Shown here: positions 1 through 12,699 of the stretch, in pieces
Position numbering within the stretch: position 1 is the first letter of the stretch
Layout: each line of letters opens with the position of its first letter
DNA from: Octopus vulgaris
Taxonomy: Eukaryota
NCBI GenBank assembly: GCA_951406725.2
Contig: OX597821.1
Span: 310,001-374,000, forward strand
Length of the DNA: 64,000 nucleotides
Direction of reading: 5' to 3'
Translations under genes and position numbers: made by a program
Notes under the pieces: generated by a model
Told to the model about the DNA's origin: nothing
The model's input: only the letters and a program-made list of their open reading frames with translations
Databases searched by the model: none

Positions 1-394
1 CTTGGCTTGATGGGTCTTCTTTTCAAGCACGACAAAATAGCAAAGGTCTCAGTCATTTGTCATTGCCTCTATGAGGCTCAACACTCAAAAGGAGCTTTTC
101 ACATGCCACGGACATCGGCCACTTTGCCTCCATGAGGCCCAATGCTTGAAAGATGCTTTTTACGTCTCACCAGCATAGGTACCAGTTATCTGACACTAGC
201 ATCATCCACAGCTTCGATTTCACTTGGCTTGATGGTTCTTGGCTTGATGGCATAATGCCAAAGATCTTTGTCCTCCGTGAGATTCAACATTTGAAAGGTG
301 CTTTTTACATGCCACTGGCATGGGTGCTAAAGGGTTAAATGTCATCTAAAAATCAAAACCTTGCATCAAAATGTTAATTTATGTTAATTTATGT

Positions 395-822
395 ACTCTT
401 TTACTTGTTTCAGTCAATTTGACTGTGGCCATGCTGGAGCACCACCTTTAGTCAAGCAAATAAACCCCAGGAGTTATTCTTTGTAAGTCTAGTACTTATT
501 TTGTCGGTCTCTTTTAGCTGAACTGTTAAGTTACAGGGACGTAATCACACCAGCATCGGTTGTTGAGCGATGTGGGTTACAAACACAGACACACAAACAT
601 ATACACACACACACATACATACATACACACACACACACACATATATATACACATATATACGACGGGCTTCTTTCAATTTCCATCCACCAAATCCATTTAC
701 AAGGCTTTGTTCGGCATGAGGCTATAGTAGAAGACATTTGTCCAAGGTGCTATGCAGTGGGACTGAACCCGGAACCATGTGGTTGGTTAGCAAGCTACTT
801 ACCACAAAACCACTGCTGTGCC
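395..822 (-). mobile_element. tRNA-derived SINE family A (CORE-like, resembles octopus OR-type SINEs) with internal microsatellite
   Basis: Reverse complement has a tRNA-like head (gtggtaagtagcttgct..ggttccgggttcagtccc), a ccttggacaaatgtctt CORE-like segment, an internal (TG/TA)n tract and the tail cagcatggccacagtc..gactgaaacaagtaaaa. Confidence 0.85.
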
Positions 823-1397
823 TATAACAAAATTATTTTACTAAACGCTTCATTATTTTAAAACTTAATTGAAACAAAACCAGTGGATGCCAAAAGAAAT
901 ATGGTGACAAAAGGGTTAATAATAGTTTCAAATTTTGGCACAAATCCTGCAATTTCAGAGGGGAGGGGGAAGTCAATTGTATTGATCCCAGTGATCAATT
1001 GGTATTTATTTTATCGACCCCAAAAGGATGAAAGGCAAAGTCGACCTCAGCAGAATTTGAACTCTGACTATAAAGATGAAGAACCCACTAAATATTTTTC
1101 CTCTTGTGCTAATGATTCTGTCAGCTTGCTCTCTTTAAGATGATGATAATTAGAAATTCACAGTATTTCATATAATAGGAGTTACATGGTAAGTAGTAGT
1201 TGACGATAGGGTTTAGCTATAATTCAAACAGTCACCAGAAGTTGTGTGCTACTCAGGGAGCACAAAGTGAAATTAATATCTATCATTAACCTATCATATC
1301 TGAAACCTATTATTTTCAATACATTCATTTTTATTTATTGAATAACAAAAGCAAAAGAGAATTAGAGGTCGACATGAAACGGATGTACTAAATACCT

Positions 1398-1790
1398 TTT
1401 ATCTGTTTCAGTCATTGGACTGTGGCCATGCTGGAGCACCGCCTTGAAGGGTTTCACTCAAAGAAATCAATCCCAGTAACTTTTAAAGTTAGCTACTTAT
1501 TCTATCAGTTGCTTTTGCTGAACTGCTCAGTTATGGTGGCTGTAAACACACCAACATTGTTGTCCAGTGGTGGCGGGAGACAAATATAGGTTCACACACA
1601 CACACGCATATATATTTACACACACATACAGAATGGGCTTCTTTTAGTTTCCATCGACTAAATCCATTCACAAAGTTTTGATTGGTCTGAGGCTATTATA
1701 GTAGAAGACACCCAAAGTGCCATGCAGAGGGACTGAACCTCGAACCATGCAGTTGTGAAGCAAACTTCTTACCACACAGCTACACCTGCA
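1398..1790 (-). mobile_element. SINE family A, diverged copy
   Basis: Same head, body and tail motifs as 395-822. Confidence 0.8.
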
Positions 1791-1803
1791 TCCATCTATA
1801 TAT

Positions 1804-1894
<91 letters not shown>

Positions 1895-2019
1895 TATGGA
1901 ACCTTGTATGGCTCCAGGCTTTACTGGTTCCTGTTAAACCATTCAGCCTTTGCCAGCATAGAAAACGGATACTAAATGATGATGATGATGATGTCTTATA
2001 CTACATCTTATAGAAAGAT

Positions 2020-2293
2020 AGTCGTAGGAGTGGCTGTGTGGTAAGTAGCTTGCTTACGAACCATATGGTTCCGGGTCCAGTCCCACTGCGTGTCACCTTG
2101 GGCAATGTCTTCTACTATAGCTTTTAGCCGACCAAAGTGAGTGGATTTGGTAGATGGAAACAGAAAGAAGCCCGTCGTTTGTATATATATATATATCTTT
2201 GGTGTCCTGTACTCATATATGCGTGTATATGTACATGTAGAGGTAGGTACGTACATATATGTTTATATATATGCATATGTTTTATTTCATTTA

Positions 2294-2336
<43 letters not shown>

Positions 2337-2548
2337 ATGTATATGTTTGTGTGTCTGTGATGTCACACCAACATCGCTTGACAACCGATGGTGGTGTGTT
2401 TATATCCCCATAACGAAGCGGTTCGGCAAAAGAGAAACCGATAGTATAAGTACTGGGCTTACAAAGAATAAGTCCTGGGGTCGATTTGCTCCACAAAAGC
2501 CGGTGCTCCAGCATGACCACAGTCAAATGACTGAAACAAGTAAAAGAG
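2020..2548 (+). mobile_element. SINE family A, near full-length copy
   Basis: gtaggagtggctgtgtggtaagtagcttgc...ccttgggcaatgtcttctactatagc...ccagcatgaccacagtcaaatgactgaaacaagtaaaagag. Confidence 0.88.
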
Positions 2549-2669
2549 AGAGACTGTCATGGTTGGAACACCTTTAGTCATAGGCCTGCTCAATATGAGT
2601 TGACTTAGAGCTATGCAATTACAACAACAGCAACAAGCAACAAATAATAGGCAACCTTTCCCAAGAAGT

Positions 2670-3229
2670 GGGCCACATGAGACATGGCTCATCATCAGGG
2701 TCACATGAGACATGGCTCATCATCAGGGCCACATGAGACATGGCTCATCATCAGGGTCACATGAGACATGGATCATCATCAGGGCCACATGAGACATGGC
2801 TCATCATCAGGGTCACATGAGACATGGCTTATCATCAGGGCCACATGAGACATGGCTCATCATCAGGGTCACATGAGACATGGATCATCATCAGGGCCAC
2901 ATGAGACATGGCTCATCATCAGGGCCACATGAGACATGGCTCATCATCAGGGCCACATGAGACATGGCTCATCATCAGGGTCACATGAGACATGGATCAT
3001 CATCAGGGCCACATGAGACATGGCTCATCATCAGGGTCACATGAGACATGGCTTATCATCAGGGCCACATGAGACATGGCTCATCATCAGGGTCACATGA
3101 GACATGGCTCATCATCAGGGCCACATGAGACATGGCTCATCATCAGGGCCACATGAGACATGGCTCATCATCAGGGCCACATGAGACATGGCTCATCATC
3201 AGGGCCACATGAGACATGGCTCATCATCA
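2670..3229. repeat. Minisatellite, 20 x 28 bp (GGGYCACATGAGACATGGCTCATCATCA)
   Basis: Counted directly: 560 bp, near-identical units, no spacers. Confidence 0.97.
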
Positions 3230-3329
3230 GAAGGGTCACGACTATAAAAAAATTCAAGGTAATTTTTTTGGTTAGGTGTGCCATTGAGAATGTCTCGCAG
3301 CCCACAGTTTACCCATGACTATTCTAGGT

Positions 3330-4290
3330 TGTTGATCAACCTGTTAGAAATAGCAATCAAATTGCCTTCAAACTATAGCCTAATATTCTAGGAGGGGGAA
3401 GAAAAAGAGAGAGGGATCCATTAGTGCGTAATATGTTCTGCCCTGAAAAATAACGATTGATCATGATGCAGATTATCTTGGCTGTTCGGTCTTTTCAATC
3501 CGAACTGAGTCAGGACTAAACAATGACATGAACAAGAATATCGTTGTCATAATCAAGCATCGTTTCTGTCACAGATATTGATCAGTGCAACAAAAAAGAG
3601 TAAACCCTCACCAAGTCCCAGCCCACGCCCACCATCCATCCTCTGACACTGCTGTTGTCGTCATCATTGCAACATCGTGATGACGTAACCTAGCAACACT
3701 AGCTAATTATCTGTGTATTCTAATGACAAAGACATCTGCACTATCGACCCCCCCACCTCACACCCTGCATATGCTCAATTACATCACCACCACTCTGCTG
3801 TGAAGGAGAAATCATTTACCTGGATGAGTGATCTGCTAGAAATAGCAGCCAAATCTCCCTCAAATTGCATCTTACTGTCTTAACTCTTTCATCATCATAT
3901 TTCAAATGAAATACATTGCTTATGCATATTAATTAATTTTTGCATGAGCCTACAAAAGAGCCTCTATATGGTTGTTCGACCTGCTAGAAAACAGTCATAT
4001 CGCCCTTAAATCAACCTGCACCATTACAAAACCACATTTCTAGCAAAAAACACTGCTTAAGTATTTTAATTAATTTTTGAATGAGTTTATGATGGAGATT
4101 CCATATAGTCATTTGATATGATAGAAATAGTAACTAAATCTTCCTCAAATCGATCTGTTAGAACTAGCAGCTAAATATTCCTCAAATCTTCCTGAAAACT
4201 ATCTTACAAATGGACACATTGGATAACGTGTTTATAGATTCCCTGGGATGGTCATAAGTCTGCTTCATTTGGATTGATCTGGCAATAATA
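3330..4290 (+). repeat. Clustered fragments of an interspersed repeat (ctgctagaaatagcagccaaatctccctcaaat); further copies near 56950 and, inverted, near 63810
   Basis: Motif variants at about 3341, 3833, 3980, 4121 and 4155. Confidence 0.65.
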
Positions 4291-4694
4291 GGAACAAAAA
4301 ATTTATAAAATCTGTTGGCTGCAACTCTGAGTATTCAGTTGTTCTATCAACTGAATTACTTTCTCACTAAATTAACAGAAATGTCTACACTTAATGTAAT
4401 TCTCTGGTGAGGATCATGACAATACATTCTGCGACAAGGTTCTAATTTCAAATTACAAGCACAACCCACCAAATGAACATCTCAACAGTTTCTGTTTATC
4501 CAGTTTTACTCACAAGGCTTGGGTTGACCAAAGATTATGGGTAAAAGACCCTTGTTCATGATACTATGCAGTGAGAGTGAACTGAGAACATTGTTAGTGT
4601 GAAGCAAACTTCTTAACCATTTAACCATGCTCTCTAAACTCTCTATATATATCATCATCATCATCATCATCATCTCTCATGGGTTGGCTCACGG

Positions 4695-4766
<72 letters not shown>

Positions 4767-4905
4767 CAGTAAATGCAAAAACTAATTTCTGTGTGTCAGT
4801 GTGTCACACTTTGACACCTATCTCACTATTCAATTTTTTGGGCTACTATTCCTTGTGCTGGGGTGAGAGTAATAGTAGGCAGAGAGACAGTGAGGGTATT
4901 GGCGA

Positions 4906-4936
<31 letters not shown>

Positions 4937-5157
4937 AAGCGAGACAGAAATTTAGGAAGAGTTGATGTTTTATTAAAAATTGTAGTGTTGATGGTGGTGG
5001 TGGGAGTAATAATAAGAGAGAGAGAAAGGGTGGGTATGTGAGAGAAAGAGGGAGATGATGTACAACTTTGTTTAACCATGTCTCTTTGACAGAAATTCCT
5101 GTGGCCAACATACTGAACACTATCATTTTTGTTATATTTTTTGCTTTCTTTAACACA

Positions 5158-5203
<46 letters not shown>

Positions 5204-5328
5204 ACATAAACACAAACACACACATATATATAAAATACATTTTAATTGAAATAAAGTTTCTCCAAAATTAAACATATCTAATATAATAAATGTGACTGTC
5301 AGTGTGTCACACTTTTTCAACTTTAATA

Positions 5329-5535
5329 AATCCTTTCTACTGGAAGCATAAGATCTCATATTTTAGGGGAAGGGATTAAGTTGATTACATCAACCTCAGT
5401 ATGTAACTGGTACTAATTTTATCGACTCTGAAAGGATGAAAAGCAAAGTCCACCTTGGCAGAGGCCTAACAGTGGACGAAATACCGCCAAGCATTTTACC
5501 CAGTGTGCTAATGATTCTGCCAGCTTGCTGCCTTA
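5329..5535 (-). mobile_element. SINE family B copy (others at about 925-1135, 6000-6345, 18729-18937, 27768-27887, 52240-52620)
   Basis: aaaggatgaaaagcaaagtc..ccgccaagcatttt..tgctaatgattctgccagcttgctgcctt. Confidence 0.82.
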
Positions 5536-5765
5536 ATATAATATAATAAATGTGAACGTCAGTGTGTCATACTTTTTCAACTTTATTCCTAGAGGCAGCA
5601 GCCCAACATATCATACCCTTTTGGAATCAGACTGACTCCGTGAGTAAATTAAAACATTCTGGGCCGAATCCAAACCCGCAATCCTCAAATTTTGGATTCC
5701 CAACTTTTCATTTCTGTGATTGTTTTATGTGACTTTTTGCGACAAATTTTTTTGTAAAGACAAAC

Positions 5766-5894
5766 CTGGATAATGTGGAATTCCATTGGCATACACTTCT
5801 GGTGCTTGGCTGTTAGCCTGGGGAACTGGGAAACTGGTTACGGTTGGTGAAAGCATGTTGGGGGCACCATTAATAGCTGGTGATGTTGCTGTAC
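5766..5894 (-). CDS. CELF4: CELF3-6-like coding exon, Pro-rich linker
   Basis: Acceptor ttctcttctatttag, donor gtttgt, 129 nt, phase 1/1. Translates (G)TATSPAINGAPNMLSPTVTSFPVPQANSQAPEVYANGIPHYP, resembling CELF4 PQANGQP..E.VFANGIHPYP. The phase matches the previous exon. Confidence 0.9.
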
Positions 5895-5951
5895 CTAAAT
5901 AGAAGAGAACAACAACAGTGGAACATTGGTGAGAACTGATTTGAAATCATT

Positions 5952-6001
<50 letters not shown>

Positions 6002-6433
6002 TCTTTCTACTGAAAGAACAAGGCCTCAAATTTGAGGGGATGGGACTAGTCAATTATATCAGCCCCAGTGTTTCACTGGTACTTAATTTATCGACCCCCC
6101 CAAAAGGCAAAGTTGACCTCGGCGGAATTTGAATTCAGAACGTAAAGACAGATGAAATACCGCTAAGCATTTTGCCTGGTGTGCTAATGTTTCTGCCAGC
6201 TCAGTACTTGATTAGTTTGTTATTTTATCAACCCTGGAAGGGTGAAAAAAAAAGTGGACTTTGGCAGGATTCGAACTCAGAGCATAAAAATCTGGAATAA
6301 ATGCTGCAAAGCACTTTTCTGTTGCTTTAACAATTCTGCCAACATTACATAACATAATTGAAGAATTTTGGAGTGTAAAAATAAACGGGGGAGAAAAAAA
6401 ATGGCCCAGCAAAATGTTGCTCAATCTATTTAC

Positions 6434-6605
6434 CATTTGCTAGCGATCCAGTTGTAGGTGTGATGGCTGCTGTGCTTATACCATTTGGAGCTCCCAAAGC
6501 ATTCATAGACTGCACATGTGCTGCGAGGGAGGCGATAGGGCTGGCCAAATACGTCCCTTGTGTAGCTGCAGCTGCCATAATTGCAGCTTGCTGTTGCATT
6601 AATTG
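6434..6605 (-). CDS. CELF4: CELF3-6-like coding exon, Q/A-rich divergent domain
   Basis: Acceptor atactttcag, donor gtaaat, 172 nt, phase 0/1. Translates QLMQQQAAIMAAAATQGTYLASPIASLAAHVQSMNALGAPNGISTAAITPTTGSLAN(G), resembling the CELF4 linker LMQQQAALMA..QGGYL..NG..A.TPTSG. In frame with the preceding exon. Confidence 0.92.
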
Positions 6606-6899
6606 CTGAAAGTATTAAACATTAAATAATAAACATTAAATAAAATAGATTAAAATTATATATATATTATATACACACATATGTATTCAAACTAGAAATG
6701 AAAACTGTAACAAAAAAGAGACAAAGTGAAAACAAGTTGTAGTTATTAGCTTAATGCTCAATGAACAATTAAGATATAAGTGTTTTTGATGTTTTGAGCT
6801 GAAGCACTTCTTCAGAATGTTAGATGGTTAAAAGTAAAGAAAATTGTAGTAATGGAGAAGTATTTGTTGTTTTGTGTTAAGTCTTATGTGTGAATACAA

Positions 6900-6941
<42 letters not shown>

Positions 6942-7111
6942 GAGAGTTTGCAAAATAAAGCAAACGTGAATTGTAATGAAGTATTTAATTCACATTTTAA
7001 TTAGCAGTTTAAAAGTGTTCACAGATCACACAAAATTCCATTAGATAACACATGCTTACGTACACATTACATACACACACACACATATCTGTATGTATAT
7101 ATATATACACA

Positions 7112-7166
<55 letters not shown>

Positions 7167-7177
7167 GTATATATATA

Positions 7178-7209
<32 letters not shown>

Positions 7210-7212
7210 CAT

Positions 7213-7245
<33 letters not shown>

Positions 7246-7410
7246 CACAGTTGGAAGTGGCACATTAAGACACATTGTGTTATATTCTGATTGCAGATTT
7301 GATTCTAACATTTGCAACAGAATGGGTTCCATTACAGTTATCCAATGATCACGTGGTGGTGGTGGTGGTGGTGGTGATGGTAGTCATGGTGTTTTGAATC
7401 GAGTAACTGA

Positions 7411-7642
7411 TTAACTCTTTTGCTACCATATTTCAAGTTGGTATACACAACCTGTGTTTCAGTTAATTTTGAAAATAAAGAATTTAGTAAAACAGCTTTA
7501 ACTTATTATTAAGCTGGAGTTAGGAACCGAAATTAACATGAAATTCTGATGGAAGGCTTTTATTTAGATCATTTTAAAGCCTTACGTACACATTACATAC
7601 ACATTACATGGTTTCAGGCAGACTGGTATCAAAATGCTTAAA
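7411..7642. mobile_element. TTAA-bounded MITE-like repeat (related copies at about 330-920, split by a SINE, and 14320-14470)
   Basis: Shared gaatttagtaaaa..aagctgg..attaacatgaaattctga..gaaggcttt.atttagatca; ends ttaactcttt / aaatgcttaa. Confidence 0.5.
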
Positions 7643-7854
7643 ATCTGTCTCCCAGATTGCTGAAGTTCGTTCATTAGTTGGAGAAAGACAATAAAAATCC
7701 TAACAGGAATTGTAAGCAGCTCTCAAATAAAAGAGGAAATAGTCCTAGAAATTGATGATTGATTTCACTAAATCAAGTTTCAATTTAGGTATTTATGTGG
7801 ATGGAGGGAATATGATCTTTGGAAGCAGATAAGGTGACAGAAAACAGGTAGGTT

Positions 7855-8257
7855 TCTTATTTCTTTATTGCCCACAAGGGGCTAAACACAGAGGGGACAA
7901 ACAAGGACAGACAAAAAGGATTAAGCCAATCACATCAACTTCAGTGCGTAACTGGTACTTAATTTATCGACCCCGAAAGGATGAAAGGCAAAGTTGACCT
8001 CAGTGGAATTTGAACTCAGAAAATAACGGCAGATGAAATGCCTATTTCTTTACTACCCACAAGGGGCTAAACAGAGCGGACAAACAAACGGATTAAGTCG
8101 ATTATATCGACCCTAGTGCATAACTGGTACTTATTTAATCAACCCCGAAAGGATGAAAGGCAAAGTCGACCTTGTCAGAATTTGAACTCAGAACGTAGTG
8201 GCAGGCGAAATACCGCTAAGCATTTCATCCGGCGTGCTAACGATTCTGCCAGCTCAC
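7855..8257 (-). mobile_element. Tandem dimer of SINE family B
   Basis: Two consecutive cccacaaggggctaaac..ccccgaaaggatgaaaggcaaagt..gaactcagaa units. Flanking direct repeat caggtaKgtttct at 7845 and 8261. Confidence 0.85.
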
Positions 8258-9068
8258 AAGCAGGTATGTTTCTACCTTATTAGAGCCTATCAGCAAAGAA
8301 CATTTATTTTCACATCCCAGGTATTTTAATCAGCTGATGTAGAAGTAAATCTTTTTGAAAAAAGATCTCTTTTGTCTTATTTTTAGAACCCACACATTTT
8401 TATACCTTTAATCCTTAGGCCAAAACACACACACATCCACATAAATCCTAACACTAAAAAGCTGAGCAAATATTAAGTTTTCTACCAAATCAAAGTGTCA
8501 AATGGATACTGAATGTTATATGGATTGAGAACACGACGCTAATCCAGTTTGTGTAATTAATGAGCTTATGGCTAACATTTCAATCCTTTAGTAACTTCAT
8601 CTTAGCTTTTATTAGCTTTCCAAGGTCAGTGAAACAGTTACTATTGGTCAACTTACTGAAGACAATAATGCAGCTGCTGGTCAACTTATCAAGAGAATGG
8701 TCAATAACAGACCATCTCTGAGAGATTGTTTGTTTGGAGAAAAAACAACAACAACAATTTAGGAAAAATGTTTGTTTTATGAGCATTTGTCCTTGCTAGC
8801 ATGGGCCAAACAGACTCAGTTGAGGCAATATCTTATACCTGGATGCCCTTCCTGTCACCAACCCTCACCTGTTTCTCAAGTAAGGGATTATTTTTTCATT
8901 CCACTGGTCTTTTAAAGTGCAGAGCTACAGGATGCATTGTTTACAAGGAATATAAACATGATATCACATCACTGTTTTGCTCTGATGGTGAGAGGAAAAA
9001 CTACAGCTAAAACATGAAAAAGAATTGGTGACATATTCTTGTTAATAAAGGTACAAAATCTAACTTAC

Positions 9069-9224
9069 CTGTGTACTAACTTGGGTGTATCCTCCATAAC
9101 CACCAAATTGTGTGAGAGCAAACGGGTTTAACAGGCTGAGGGGGCCGGCCATCTGTTGCATTCGACGCAATTGTCGTTCTTTTTCTGTGTCAGCAAATTT
9201 CACAACTAGACTTGAAGAGGCACC
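9069..9224 (-). CDS. CELF4: CELF3-6 (CELF4/bruno-3/UNC-75-like) coding exon: C-terminal end of RRM2 and start of the divergent linker
   Basis: Manual translation [52 protein letters not shown] matches the CELF3-6 motif [13 protein letters not shown](D/E)[11 protein letters not shown]. Acceptor tttctttgcgtag, donor gtaagt, 156 nt, phase 0/0. The symbol denotes the subfamily, not strict orthology. Confidence 0.95.
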
Positions 9225-9499
9225 CTACGCAAAGAAATAAAGATTGCAATGTTAGATTGGTTGATCAGAACATGGGTTCCACAGTGGAGAGCATCTGCGA
9301 TTGTTACACATTATTCAGGCTTAGAGACATGTCCAGCAATACAAACAGATAGAAACAACTTTCTGGATTAGTTTGTTGGTTTTAGCAACTCATGTTGCAC
9401 TTTTGTATTCTTTTTGACTCATACTTAAATTAAATTCTGCAATGGGTTCCACAACATACTAAGTATACAATCCTGCACACTTCTATACAAAGGTATAAA

Positions 9500-9560
<61 letters not shown>

Positions 9561-11488
9561 CAATAAGCTGAGGACTTTTATGTGGAGAAGTTAAGTCAGA
9601 ATAATACCTAATTTCTTCATAAATTCTAACACTGTCTTTGGGTGCTTGCTATTATACTAAATCTATTTATTAAGAGAGTAAGGGATAAAAGGAGATATTG
9701 GACCACATAGCAGAAGAATTACACAAATTGGGAATAAAATGCTTAAATATTATTTGGCGACTAGCAGAAACACTGCCTGCAGGGCAGTGTTTCTATTAGT
9801 AAGATAAATCTTGCATTGGACAATTACAATAATGACTTCTAGAAAACACATTATCTCTCATAATTTTTTTAAGTTGAGCATCCGATGCCTAGCACTTGTC
9901 ATGGGAATACATTTGTGTCTTCAGGCTAAATGATATCTGAGTGTGTGTGTAAGTTTATCTAGTTGTGTGTAATTGATCCTGGGTTCAATTTATGAGACTG
10001 TTTTCCTCAATCAAAAGGTGAAGGGTGATGTAGGGTGTGGAGGTGAGAAGGACACTGTTATGTTGTGGGGTGCATCGTTAGAAAACTTGAGGTTAGCGAT
10101 GGTAATTTGTCACCAAAGTCTCTCTCTCTCTCACACACTGCTCTTACTAAATTGCCCTCACTATGTATCTATCTCTCAATAAGCTCTCCTCTCTTTTACA
10201 CACACACAAAAGGACAACCACACATGTACACATGCACGTGTGCACACACACACACACACACACACACAGAGCAATACATCAATACAGGACCCCTCACACA
10301 TGCATATATATGCTTATATAAATATGAAACACATACTTACACACTCATGCATGTATTTATATCAAACCCTCATGTACACAGACACACATACAAGTACACA
10401 CACACACACACACACACATTAAGATAACATGCATGCAGATACATACATAGATGTATATGTTCACACACACACACACACACACACACATTCATTAATGCAG
10501 ACAAAGCATTAACAGAATAATAAAAATGAATATCTTTTCCTGTGTGAACTTGACAGAGGTAGAGAAATAGGAAGGAGGGGGGAGGGCTTATTTGATTTAG
10601 ACTAAAATAGAGAAATAATTATTTTTCCTTCATTTATTCAACTTCCATCATCATCATCATAATTGTTACCTAATGATAATACAAACATAACCAACAACCA
10701 CCATCATTGTGACTCTCCCCCACCCCCCAAAATTCCTGTTATAATGCTATCATTTAGACTACCATGAGCCATCTTCCTCTACTGCTTCCTCTTCTTTCTC
10801 ATCAGTTTCTCCATTAGTAACATTACCATAAAACACAAGTACCATAATCACCATCACCACTACCACCACCAAAATTGTAATCATCATCATCACCACCATC
10901 ATCATCATTAACATTATCAGGCTCATCATCACCATCACCGCTACCACCACCAAATTTGCCATCATCCCCACCACCGTCATCATCACTATCATCACCAGGA
11001 TCATCATCATCATCGTCCTTGCCAGGCTCACCACCACCACCACCACCACCACCATCATCAGTTTCCTTATTAATATTGCCGAGATGTGATGCTCGTTAGA
11101 TATAATATTATCACCCTCATGATTGTTATAAATGATGAGGTTATTGTTGGTATTGCATCAACAGCCAATAGTATTGTAATTAGAATTACGATTTAATTCT
11201 AATTTACAGCTTCCAATACACATGGCACCATTGTTGCTCCTGGAACAGTAGATAGATAGACGTAACACATTCACACACATGAATGCATACACACATACAC
11301 ACACATGCATGCACACATGTAGCTATACAAATATGCATGTATACATATAAAATAGCAGCAGTCATATATATAGAATTATATACACACATAACATACATAC
11401 AAAACACACATACATATATGCATTTATACATACATATGTATAAATGCATGTGCTTATGCACATGCATACACATTCAGTCATATGCAGG

Positions 11489-11582
<94 letters not shown>

Positions 11583-11678
11583 TACACACACACACATATG
11601 TATTTATGTGCAAACAGATATTCATATAGATACACACATATATATGCACACAAATACATGTGTATATTCACACACATG

Positions 11679-11709
<31 letters not shown>

Positions 11710-12178
11710 GATATGCATAATGCTCACATATATATGCATGTACACACACATAACTACATACACACAGCAGAAAAATCTTTAGTACAGAGATGGATGGAAA
11801 CCATACACACACACACAAATGCATGCATACACTATACACACTGTTTTATACATATGTACATACAAGAATAAGCACACACACACACAACTATTTTTACACG
11901 CTTACATTACTTGCGATCAACATCAGCCACAAAAATTGCCATAAAAAAAAGACACTAACATCTTAATTAGAAACAGTTAATAACGAATTAATTTTGATTC
12001 TTCTGCCCATGTGACGTCACAACTCTACCATCAAATAATATTAAAAAAAAAAACAAGAAAAAGTTGTAGCAAAGTTGCAGTTATGCAGTTTTCTAGTTAC
12101 GCTCAGTTTTGCCCTACAGCTGCAATATTGGTTTAAAAATAGCTCTGCAAAATCAGGAAATAGTGAAGAAAACACACA

Positions 12179-12251
<73 letters not shown>

Positions 12252-12699
12252 CATGAAAACAATAAACAACTAACTGAATCAAAAGGGTGAGATAGAAATT
12301 TGAAAATGCCAAATAATTAAAATGTATTCTGAAATTTGGGAAAAATATCGTAAATTTGCTTAGGTAAATTCTGTGCTTAATTTTATTTTGTTTGTTTCTT
12401 GTTTCTCTATTTTTTTAACATTCTAAATCCTGAATGCGTTTTTTCTAATCATTATTATCATCATCATTATCATTATCATTATCATTATAATTGAAGAAAA
12501 TATTATTATTATCATTATCATTGGTGCAGGTATGGCTGTGTGGTTAAGAAGTTTGCTTTGAAACCATGTGGTTTCAGGTTCAGTCTAACTGTGCAGCACC
12601 TTGCATAAATGTCTTCTGCTACAGTCTCAATCCAAACAATGAATTTGGTAGATAGAAACTGTGTGGAAGCCCATCATGTGTGTGTGTATATATGGTCAG

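Noticed and set aside
2020-2100. tRNA genes at SINE heads
   Set aside because: A/B-box-like motifs run directly into multicopy SINE bodies with no convincing cloverleaf.
2670-3229. 28-bp repeat array as a CRISPR array
   Set aside because: Units are contiguous with no unique spacers, there are no cas genes, and the context is eukaryotic.
3755-3815. Acceptor-like tttctccttcacag followed by QSGGDV../AYAG-like codons as the next CELF exon
   Set aside because: The required phase 1 reading hits TGA within a few codons, and the resemblance needs frameshifts.
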